Assembly (NCBI RefSeq): GCF_009834535.1
Contig: NC_045696.1
Location: 98,272,001-98,336,000 of the forward strand
Length of the DNA stretch: 64,000 nt
DNA from: Camelus ferus
Lineage: Eukaryota
Direction of reading: 5' to 3'
Positions within the stretch are counted from its first letter, which is position 1; each line of letters opens with the position of its first letter. The position numbers and the translations under genes are program-made. Of the stretch, positions 40,057 to 51,600 are shown piece by piece. The notes under the pieces were generated by a model. That model was not told where the DNA came from. It saw nothing but the letters and a program-made list of their open reading frames with translations, and searched no databases.

Positions 40057-41143
40057 GAAATTGGACAGTAAACAGCATTTGTTGACAAATACAAAAATTG
40101 GAAATAAAGATTCCAGAGGAAAAGTCAGCTTCTGAGGGGTACACAGCACAGTAATTCCTTCAAGGGGTTCACAATCCAATTATGGAATCCATATCTAGAC
40201 ACATGGAAAGGTTACTGAAGTCCGTTAAGTAGATTGCCTATTACAGTTCATCATAAAAGAATTTTCTGAGTATTTTTGAGCTCACCCAACATTGGTGTGG
40301 TCAGAGAAATGAGATTTTCAAAATCTGCTTTTGCAAGATTAATATTAGTCCTAGCACTATGTTCCACATATAAAACTAGAATTCTTTGCAGACTCAACTC
40401 CTCTGACAAAAATGTAAATTTTCTTCTTTTTCTATTTAGGCAGCTTTAATTAGTAGTAGAGCCACATATAGTCGCTTGCTAGGAATTGGAATAAAATTCA
40501 AAATGCATGTAACCCCTGAAATTGAGTGGATTAAAAATGAGGAAATAAGAAATGACCCTCTTCTGTTAACAAGTAAATATTATATACAATCTGCATGGAA
40601 AACCCCATAGAAATACAAACTAAATTTTCTCTGTAGTAGAGATATGCTTCCCCAATGTTAGTCATATCTCCCTTGGTTCCCAGGAGATGATATTTCCAGG
40701 GAAATATCCTAGAGGAATCTATAGGAGGTAATTTTCATTTGGCTCAAATGATGCACCAGGGATTTCTTAAATCCAAGCTTAAATAGGTTAAGTTTACTTT
40801 TATTTACAGTCTCTTCAAATAACTTCCTTTAAAATCATCATTCTTTTGAGTAAGGATTCTTCACTTACCCCAAGTTCTCCCTTAATTTCAAAAAGCCCAA
40901 TAAAATGCTTCCAAGTAAAAAAAGTTTTCTTAGTTTTGATGATTATTTTTTACAAAAGGGAACCTCAGTTTTTTCAGGGTACTCCTTTATCTTTTTACAG
41001 CTTTCACAATTGATCAGATATTTCAGTCGTACATATGTTCCTGAAGTAAATACAAATATTTTAATATTTAATATTTAAAAATACTATATATGCAAATATA
41101 GTAGGTTTCCTTTTGTAACAAGGAGCATTAGAAATAGATTTCC

Positions 41144-41288
41144 GGGGGAGCGTTTAGCTCAGTGATAGAGTGCACTCTTAACATGTACGAGGTCCTGGGT
41201 TCAACCCCCAGTGCCTCCACTAAATAAACAAACAAACAAACCTAATTACCCCCCCAAATAAATAAAAACAAAAAAAAATTTAAAAAAG
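41144..41288 (+). mobile_element. tRNA-derived SINE (camelid Vic-1-like)
   Basis: A box TAGCTCAGTGA, B box GGTTCAACCCC, AAACCTAATTACCCCCCC tail, A-rich end, degenerate TSD GAAATAGATTTCC/GAAAGAGTTTTCC (11/13). Confidence 0.85.
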
Positions 41289-43824
41289 GAAAGAGTTTTC
41301 CATATTTTCATACTCCAAATTGTATGCAGTTAAAAAATACTGTAGTTTAAATAAACTTCCAATTTGAAAGCTAGTAGTAAAAGAAATATAATTTCTGGAA
41401 ACAGTGTCCTTAAATGCCATCAGGAGAAGGAAGTCAAAACATGTTCTAGAATATAGAAATAGTTGTAGTCCTTCTTACACATGTTGCTCTGTCCTACCTG
41501 GCAAACTTGGTTTATGTTTTACCTTCTGAGATAACCCCTTTTTGCCCACTACTTTCAGATTCTTTAAGCCCAGTTTAATGGCCATCTCATCCAAGAAAGC
41601 CCCTCTGATACCCACACTGGGCCAACTTCCCCCTCTTTGTGTTCCTGGTGTTTTGACTCTTTCGATCAAACCATGAGCCCTGAACCCTCAGGGACTATAT
41701 GTCTTAGTAAAGTGCCCTTCATGGGGTTCTGCCAACAAATATTAAAATTTTGAATTCATTTTGTGTTGTTTAAAAAAATTTATTATTTTAAATAAGTTCT
41801 AAGGATTTTTTCAAACTTGAGCAGATATTGCTTGTGACATGGTAGAAGTTATTTGGAATGTGGATCTGATTTAAAAACACACTGGGCACCAACCGTAATA
41901 GATATAGAAGTTAAAGAAAACACCGCTAGCTTCCCCATAATTTGTTTTTCCCACTGAGAATTATTCTCAGTGAAATTTAGTAAGCCAAGAAGTCTGTTTG
42001 TTTTTCCCTAAGTTGTGTTTATGGAATGCTGTGTTTAACACATATTTTTCTGAGTTAGATGAATTCCACACAAGTTTGTCCACTTAGCACAAAACACTTG
42101 GCCCTCATTTCATTTCATTCTTCTAATCAATTTGAATGTACCACTAGCCTCCCTCCCACGTATTTCAATATTCATTCCACTCCTTTACTCACCCCTTCCC
42201 CTCAAGTAACCTTCAGAGGAGGAACAATTATTTGAGAAAATGGAATCAAGTAAATAAGCTCTATTAAAAGAGAAACCAAGTAGCCAGCCATATTAAAGAT
42301 ATGTTGGTGTGCCTGGGTAAAACAACAGTAAATATTTATTGTGATGCTTTTTTATGAGCATTTCAGGGCCCATCTGTGGTATTAATGGCTTATCAAGCAA
42401 ACCTATGCATTAAGAGAAACTGTTTTCATTTAGATAAATGAAAGCAGAGGCAAAGGAAAATGATGCGAGTTTCACCTTGTAAAAGTCACAAATTAGATCT
42501 GAAGCACTGCCACAGGCAAATCTGAATTCAATAGAACAAAGCTGGCAGCCATGAACATAAGGTAATAGGCTTATCAAATGAGACTTTTTTTTTATAATGT
42601 ACATTTTATGGGGACCAGTGTAAAACTAGTCACTAGAATAAAATATAATTTGAAAAGAAAAATTCAATGAGAGATTCTCTTTCTAAATTGAAAAACAACT
42701 TGTCTCAAATTTGCACCAAATGAAGTTTGCAGAAAAGTTTGTAAATAGGCTCTCTCACCTCGTAATGTCTTATAGTTATCCACAGTGTGTCTTTTCCTGT
42801 GGGTCATCCTCCAATCCCTCCTCATTAAAGGATGGAGAGGAGGAAGACCCCAGGTCACCACTTAGGTTACAAAACCACACGGATTTGGCTTATAATGTAG
42901 TTATTGTTTTAGTCACTGGCATCATTCTGTAGGTACATTTACCCAACATTTATTGAATACTCATTATGTTTCAGGTCCTATTCTAGGTGCTTTTACATGT
43001 ATTACCTCATTTAATTCTCACAAAAATTCCAGCAAAAGCCAGGATTGCATCTTTTCAATTAACATCCATTTACATATATTAAAATGCAAATACTGCATGC
43101 CATAAAAGGCCTTGTTGAAACACTGTTATTGACCTAGGGAATCAGACCTTGCCTCTATATTAGGATCATGTCTCCCTTGAACTGCCAAATTTAGAAATCT
43201 GTAGAACTGCACATGATTTTCTTGTTTCCTTATTTGCAAGCTTGTGTTGCTGGTACTCATTTAGTGAATAATTAGCAGCACACACCAAGATTCCTTCCTT
43301 CATTGCTGTCCCGTCTTCCAGTGGTTAACAGTTTTTGTTTTTGATCCTCCATGGATCAGATTAATTTAAAATAAACAAAGTCCTAGTTAGGTAGGAACCC
43401 AGTATATAGTCATAAATCGTCTCTTCTGTAGCACCAGTCTACTAGGAGCTTTAGAATGTAGAAACATGACAAATGTGTGTGTTGTAAGGTTGACATATTT
43501 ATAAACAGAGAGTTCTAAAATATTCTGACATGTGCGAAAGTGGAATTATGTACAAACTGAAGAAGCACATGGCAGGAATGGAGCCCACTGACAGAATAAT
43601 GCTTCACAGAAGCTTAGGAGTGGGTTTGTAAGGATTAATACAAGTTTGATCAAGGATAAAGGGCCAGAAAGGAGAAAGAATATGTAGAGAAAATCAGGTA
43701 TTGCAAGCAGAAGGATCAGCTTATAAACACATGGAAGCATGAACCTTCATATTCCATCTGGGAAATTGCACATACGTTGTTATTGCATAAAGTACAATTG
43801 GTAGGGGACTGTATTTATTAGTAA

Positions 43825-44272
43825 ATTTATTACTATAATCCTTGCTGCTGTAATAAGTAAATCTCCAAATTTCAGTGGCTTTACAGAACACAGATTTATT
43901 TCTTATTCATTTAAGGGGCCAGTGAGCGTATTCCTGCTTGGAAGTACCTTTCTTCTGTGCCTGTTCAGTGACTCAGGGATCCACGCTCCTTTCATTCTGT
44001 GGTTCTGCCATCCCCTAAGACTTTGTGTCTCTTGTACCCAGCTGGCCAAAGAGGAAAGAGGGAGGGAGGAGAAGGCACATCTACTTCTTCAAATACTTTA
44101 GCTCTTACTTCTGTTGATAGCCCATTGGCAAGAACTAGACGCATTGGCTCTACCTAGATGCAAGGAGAGCCAGAAAATGTAGTCTCTGGCTGGGCAGCCA
44201 TTTCTTAACATCAGCTTATATTATGGAAGAGATGAACACCAAGTACGGTGGACAGCTAACTGTCTCAGCCAT
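43825..44272 (-). mobile_element. old MLT1 (K/L-like) LTR
   Basis: TTTCAGTGGCTTTACAGAACACAGATTTATTTCTTA...CCCATTGGCAAGAACTAG...GAAAATGTAGTCT. Confidence 0.7.
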
Positions 44273-46162
44273 GGGGAACAATTTTTCCCTTTAGCCATGT
44301 TGACTTCTCACTGATCAGCTGAATTCAAGGCTGAAACTAGAGCTCAAGAAGTAGTAGCTGGTAGACGGTGCATGGATAGTAGAAGCATAGTTGTTCTTTC
44401 CACCCTTCCCGAAGGCCCTAATTTTTCCAGAGCAAGTGGCAATCCATTGAAGGGTCATATTTGTAAATCTTTTGAATCAACCTTCCCTTCAGTGGATCCA
44501 CAACAAGATTATAACCTATGATTAAGTCCTAATTTAATTGAAACATCAAAGAATTAATGTTCATTTTACTCATTCACTGATGGAAGTCTCAGATTATTTT
44601 TTTTAGGAGCAGCATTTATTGTGAAATCACCTGTCCCACCATGATTTCAAGAATTTTAGGGTGTAAATCAAATGTTTAAGTTTTGAGTTATAGGAAAATC
44701 TTGCATTTATTCATGCATTGATTTACTCATTTATTCAACAATATTTCTCGAACACTTACTACATACCAGGCATGGTGCCTCTGGGTGGGTGGAATTCAGA
44801 ATAGTAATTCTCAACTTTTCCTTTAAAGACAGTACATAAAGAATACCACTTATTCATAAGTCAACAACAGTGGCTCATTCTGGGGCTGATTTTCAGTGCA
44901 TTTATCTTCCATTCCCACTTGCCAGGGGAAGTGATACCAAATCTCCAGTGACGGGTGTCTCTATGTGCAGCTTGACGAAGTACTATGGGATTCTGATACG
45001 ACACTCTTTGGCAAGCCATGTCCCTATCCTGTGTCCCACCGGTAACTGCTGATTCTGAGATTCAGCTACCACCTCAGTAAGACTGAATGTGTTCCCCGTG
45101 AGTAAGCTGGAGATTTCAGTAGTTAGAAACAGGGGCTCTAGGAAGGAGAAAAGGCGATAGGGAATACAGTGTTGTAACAAGGACAGCTGTATCCCAGTAA
45201 AGAATTGTTTTAAAAATGTTATATACCAACTCTTGCTAAACCACCCGACTGGGCAATAGCTACCTAATTACCAAAGATAGCTTTTTGACACATATTATCT
45301 GTGTGTATTTTTTCACTTGAAATCAAAAGAAAAGAATACAAGTATGTGAGTTTAAGATACAAAAATACAAGGAAAAGTTTCAGAACTTGATGTTCGTATG
45401 CCATTTGATGATGCTGATGGGCTTGAGCTGCTGTTGAATAGAAAGGTCCAATTATGATGGGTGTTGGAAATGTTCAACGAAATAGGTCCCCAGTGAGTCC
45501 CAGGTCCTTTGAAAAGTGTATGTTATACAACCACTGAGAATTGATTGCACAAAATCAAGTACCTGGTCTGCTTATACTTTGCTACATAAAACTCTCTCAC
45601 GTTATCTAGATGAATTAATAATCACTGCAGTTTCTAGCTTCGTAATAAGCAGAGGCTCTATCTTGAATGTTTATAGAAGGAAACAATTTGCTGCTATTGT
45701 GGATGGATATCAATTGTCAGCTCGGCTTCCACAGGCCTGGAATAGTTTTTCACCTTCTGTCACTTTGGGGTCAGTTTCTTATTATGAATGAGAAGCTGCC
45801 TTTGCCCTTCAAGGAAATGAAATAAAACTAGAATAACCTTCCTACCTTCCTGATTCCACTGCCTGCCTTCCTAGCCTAGTGTTTCAGCTTCTGAAGAGAT
45901 TATTTTTGGATGTCATTAAATATAGCTAGTGATCCTTTAAATGAAATGGATTAAATGGCAAATGGCTTCTCATCTTCTACCCTTCGGTTTAGTCACCTGA
46001 AAAAATTCACAATTCAAAATATGATTTATAAAGTAACCCTACCTCATCTCTATTTCTATTATTTCTTGGGGAAAAAAGTCTTTCAGTCGGTGCTAAGGCT
46101 GCAGTGTATGCTGATGTGAGTGTCTTACATCAGCATCTTCCTGTGGTAGAAAAGATACTCAC

Positions 46163-46213
46163 CTCCTCGATTGTCTCACTTCAGGTTTGACAGTTGCCAT
46201 GGCTTCCAAGAGT
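46163..46213 (-). other. candidate 51-nt exon with Kozak ATG (MATVKPEVRQSR...)
   Basis: Acceptor TTTCTCCTTCCCCTGTAG| and donor GAG|GTGAGT; GCCATGG with ATG at 46200; only one of three frames is open (LLEAMATVKPEVRQSR). Confidence 0.45.
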
Positions 46214-47259
46214 CTACAGGGGAAGGAGAAATGTATTCCCCCAAAGATATATTTTGCCATTGGAGAGTTTCTTTTCTTTAGGAATTTCATAGAAGTGTGA
46301 TTTTTTGAGCTACTTATTTAATTCTGACAAGCTTTTACAAATAGTCATGTCTGTAAAAGCTAGGAATATACTGTAGTTCTATCTATGACTTAAGTGATTG
46401 TGTATATATATATATATGTATATATATGTAGTGTGTGTAAGTGTATATGCAAAATATATATGTGTATATATATATAGATATAGCTGATGAAATTATTTGA
46501 ACATATTGAGTGATAACTGTAAATAAAGTCTTTTTAAAACTAAAGAACATTATCTCACACCCACCCTTTCTTTTTTTATTTCGAAACCAAAGTCTTTTCT
46601 TTTGTGATAAGATTCAGAATTGATTAGAAATATAAGCAATTATGGACCTAATTGTCATTAAGGGGAGTCTTGAGTAAAATATCAGGAAAGCTTTTTCTTT
46701 TAAAAGAACTGATTTGTCTCATTGTGAAAGTCATTGGATGTAACAAGTATGTATTGAACATCATCTGTAAGTCTAAAGGTGAGTATTGGAGAAGGGCGTG
46801 TGGAGTGAAACACAGAAGAAATCTTCCGGTTCCCAGCCCCTCCGGAAGTGACAGTTTAGGACTGGGCTTAACTATGGGGCTTCCATAATTTGTATGAAAA
46901 TAAATCAGAATCTGACACAATGCAACCCTTTTCTTTCACTGTTTTCTCTCGTATTGTCAGAGCTATTTTAATAGCCTAGGATGTGTAGAAATCCACACGA
47001 GCCATGCACTTAGTAAGTCCTTCCTCAAAGGACAATAACATGTAAAGTGGATTTCTCACATAAAGTTAACTCACCTTATGGTTTCAGCTAAAGGATTAAA
47101 AGGCAAAATATTCTTAGCTTAACCTTCTTCTCTAAGTTTCCTCAGTTACATAAGAAGATTAACAGAAGTGCAGAAAGGGAATCTGTGGCAAACTGTAGTT
47201 TTGTATTAGGATTAATACAAATGAATTATTAAAATATATAAAGTAATTCATTTTATTAA

Positions 47260-47589
47260 TCCTAATACATTTCAGAGAGAGAAAGAAAAGTACCGTATGA
47301 TATCACTCATACGTGGAATCTAAAAAAAGAAAAAAAGAATATTTATGAACTCATCTATAAAACAGAAACAGACTCTCAGACATAGTAAATCATATGGTTA
47401 TGGGGGAAAAGGGGGTGGGAAGGGTCCTAATACATTTCAGAGAGAGAAAGAAAAGTACCGTATGATATCACTCATACGTGGAATCTAAAAAAAGAAAAAA
47501 AGAATATTTATGAACTCATCTATAAAACAGAAACAGACTCTCAGACATAGTAAATCATATGGTTATGGGGGAAAAGGGGGTGGGAAGGG
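47260..47589. repeat. perfect 165-bp tandem duplication
   Basis: 47260-47424 is identical to 47425-47589 by eye. Confidence 0.93.
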
Positions 47590-47834
47590 ATAAATGTGGG
47601 AATTTGAAATTTGCAAATGTTAGCCATTATATATAAAAATTGATTAAAAAACCCCAAATTTCTTCTGTATAGCACAGGGAACTATATTCAATATCTTGTA
47701 ATAACCTTTAATGAAAAAGAATATGAAAATGAATATATGTGTATATTTGCATGACTGGGACATTGTGCTGTACACCAGAAATTGACACATTGTAACTGAC
47801 TATACTTCAATTAAAAAAATAATAATAAATAAAC
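47273..47834 (+). mobile_element. young 5'-truncated L1 3' UTR with internal duplication
   Basis: GATATCACTCATACGTGGAATCTAAAA, TATAGCACAGGGAACTATATTCAATATCTTGTAATAACC, GTAACTGACTATACTTCAATTAAAAAAA and A-rich tail. Confidence 0.9.
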
Positions 47835-48371
47835 AAAATATAGGAGAAAGAAAAAAATAGGCTGAAAATTCCATGTCTAACAATGTTTTAGAAATTATTA
47901 TCTAATAGGGGAGAAATATGTGAATGCTTACCATGTAGGCAATCTGCCAGAGAAATACTGATTTATGCAAGTGTGGGATAGCCCACCCACCTCTGCTTCA
48001 CCCTTGCTGACATTGAGTGTCCTTATTTCACTTATCCTTTCCAGATCAATAAAGTGTAAGTAGAATACTGTGGCCCATGTGAGCAGAGGAGAGGAGGGCT
48101 AGTGGGTCGAAACAGATGTTTGGAGGATCTGATGGTAGGAATATCCAACTGTAAAAAAATTTTTGGAGAATAATTTGGTGAGAAGGATTAAGAATTAAAT
48201 ACATTCATTGGTTCAGCTATGCCACTACTAGGAGCTCAGCCTAAGGAAAAAAAAATCAAAAGATTGTACAAAGATGAATGTAGACAAATGGTTATTCATC
48301 ATAAGGCTTTTGTAATAGTGAAAAATCCTCCAAAATTGGGAATTATTTAATCAGAAATAATAAGCTAAGTG

Positions 48372-48640
48372 AAAGGTAACTGAAATTAGTGAAGCGGGCT
48401 GGGTGTAGGATTATAAGGATTAGTGGCGAATCCGGAGTGTGGCACACCATGCAGGGCAGCTCTAGCGGATGGTTGCTACGTGGGGGTGTGGTTCAGGCTT
48501 GCCGGAATTTTTGATTATCAAAATAAACTAGAAATCCATGGGCGTTTTTCGTGAACTGTTTTGCAATTTTTAAAATTATGTGCAGGAAAAACCAAAATAA
48601 TTGTGGGCCCTGAGTCATGGGCTGCCAGTATACAACATTT
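48372..48640 (-). mobile_element. MER102-like hAT-Charlie element within L1ME remnants (~48050-48950)
   Basis: GTGAAGCGGGCTGGGTGTA, GTGGCGAA, TTGCCGGAATTTTTGATT...AGAAATCC motifs. Confidence 0.65.
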
Positions 48641-51600
48641 TAACAAATAACTTATATGAAAATCTACAGTGGAACCAAATGCCATTACTAAAAAATGCTG
48701 CTATGTCTGTGTCTTTATTGACCTATAAAGATGCTCCAGATGTTGCAAAGTAGCATATGTAATCTGATCCCAATTTTTGTGCATACATATAACATATATT
48801 TGTTACATTTGTATGCAGAAGGAAAAGGCTTGCATTATATCCGCTGTAATCATCCTATCTGTCTCTGGGAGAGGAATTCAGGACATTTTGATTTTGTATT
48901 TTCTAATTTTTCTACTTTGAACATATATTGTATAATACATTTTAATTTAAAATAGCAAAATATGTTTGATTCTACAGTGGAGAGTGCGACACAGAGTGCA
49001 ACAGGAGAACAGAATGAGGAAAACATAATGATGACAGTGGATTTGATAGGAAATTAAGAATGCACTGAAACTGTTGGGGAAAAAAATCAATGCATTTCAG
49101 AATCAATTGATAAAGATGTTTTATATTGCTAGTGAGATTATTTTCCAAAAGGGTACCAGAGTTACAAAGATAAATAAGACGGAATCTCTTCCCTCTAGGA
49201 GTCCACAGTCTAACGAGGGCCTCCGAGTGTTGCCTTTTAATTATGTAGCTTAGAAATGTAATCACAGAATAAAATAAGAACATAAGAGCAAAGGAATTTA
49301 GAAATTGGAAAAGTTGTAATTGAAAAATTTTTGTGACCTGGTTTAAAATGTCAGGATGATAGAAGTCTTAGAAATCAATATTACTATAGCATTATGCTTG
49401 ATTTTAACCAGGAAAATGTCATAATTTAGAACTACTTTAAAATACAGGAAGAAATTGAAAACTAATACTATTACCAGAAAATTCTATACAGAAAAGTTAC
49501 AGTGATTTATGTAATTTGTTTTCTTGGGATTCCAAATATAATTAGGTAAATGCCGTGTTCCAAATACAGTGGTTGCTCCCTGAAGCAGGCTTGTCATGGA
49601 CAAAAATCTGAAGTTTAGTTGCCAGAAATGCTTCTCACCATTAAAAGATGTTAAAAGAGTCACAGACTCCAAAAAATGACACTTTCAGGAGATGTTGATG
49701 TATTTTTTTTACTATAATAAAAAATACTGACAAGATTTAAAAAATTTTAATTTCTGCTTTATAAAAGCATCTTGTAGAGCCTCACGTGAAGACAGTTACA
49801 ATATATAAATAAACAAACCACTTGCAAAATGAAACATGAATTGATGTGATGATATGTACAAATGACGTAAAATGATGATGGGGAATGCTAGGCGTTAAAG
49901 GATGTGACAAAACTGAGGAAGCTGGCTGGCGAGAAAGATCATGTGTCAATAAGTGGCATCTGTAATTCAGTGCAGAGAAATGTAAGGTAATGATCCTAGA
50001 CACTAAATTCAAAAGGAATGTGCTGTCAGCAGCCACATGCTCCAAAATATTTAGGAGAAAAAGAATCTCTGGATATTGGTAGAAGAGCCTATAAAGTTTC
50101 TGCCTAGGTTTTCATAGCAATAACTCCCCTGAACAATTCCAAGAGGCACTAATAAGAGCATCGGGCTTAAATAGAGGGAATTATAAAAGGTTTTTTTTTT
50201 TTTTTAAATGTCACTGGGATTATGTAGAGAAAGCCACATATACTTTCTTTTACTTTTAAAGTAGAGAAATGATAAAGCTTAGAAAAACAGAGTGCAATAC
50301 CGAAATGATAAATATCTAAGATTTACTGAAAATAGAAAAGGCAATACACAAAAGAGGACCAGTCACAGTCAAGGCTCAAAGAAAAGGTTTAGGTCACAAA
50401 TCAGTACTTTCCTAGGGATATCTCTTTTTAAAAATCACGTTTTCAAATATCTCTCATTTTTATAAATACATTTTCTTCAGTGTTTTTGTTGTATTGATAT
50501 GAAGACTGGACTCTCTCCAAACAAAACCAAGTTGACTGAATAAAGAGGCTCTTAAACCTTTACCCTTAAAGACTGCACCTGGTGGTGCAAAACTCATCGT
50601 CCTGTTGCGCGTTGTTGCACGTTTTCCTGTGAACTTCCCCAGGCCCAGTTTTCCCAGGCACATTGGGCTGAGGAGTGAGACCCTGGCCTTAGCTTCAGTT
50701 CACCGAGCAGAGGCCTAGGTGAGGACCCTTGATGAAGCACAGCAGGCTTTAGGGAACAAACCTTTTCCTTCTCCCTGATCCTTGCTATCACTTCATCCTC
50801 TTCCTCTTTTGAAACCAACTCCCTTGTCCCTTTGAAGTCCAAGGTGTAACCTCCATTGTCACAGGCCAAATCATGCAGAGTAAGAAAAGGGTACTTGTTC
50901 TGTGGTGACTCCTGGAATTAATATTTTATATAAATTTGAATTATGATCATTTGAAATATGACTTAAAATATTATTGGAATCTTACTGTTACATCAAATTG
51001 GAAATAAGTGACATCTCTGTGGTAACTTTTCTCACATCTCTTTCTTACGACCCGAAAGTTCAGGAGGAACCTGAGGTCCTGCTTGCATGTTTGCACTGAT
51101 TCTGGAAATCAAGATGCAGAGAGTTTCCCTCTATCCTTCCAAATTTTAAAAACAAAGACAAAACCAGCAAAATCAAGACTTGTATAGTGTCAATGCTGAC
51201 GGCCCAGTAAGTGGCAAATTAGGCTATCTCTATAGCTGGTCAACAGATATGACGGCTAGCCATGTCACAGTCTTACAGAGACTGGCACATCTTGGGGGAG
51301 GCGTCTGTGTTACTGTTTTACTCTTCTTTTAACCTTTGTGGTTTTTATATTTTGAAATCTTAGGAAATATCCTCTAATGGCTTCATGAGCAATCCTCAAG
51401 TAATGGAGGTGGAGCTAGCACTGGACAACTCCCCTGAGTGCCAGTAACTCTGGCACTAAAGTTAGATGTCAGGAGACCACCGCCACACTAATTTAGGAGA
51501 GGGCACTCTGCAAAATTTCTGCCATAATATTGAGAAAAGTTAAAACAGCAGCATTAAGCAAAATTACATTCTAAAGATTGTAGCTTTATTCAGGCCAGGA

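Noticed and set aside
41144..41220. tRNA gene
   Set aside because: It has A and B boxes, but a SINE tail, A-rich end and TSD follow, so it is a SINE head.
51437..51457. Hairpin AGTGCCAG-TAACT-CTGGCACT
   Set aside because: An 8-bp stem is expected by chance in 64 kb; no supporting context.
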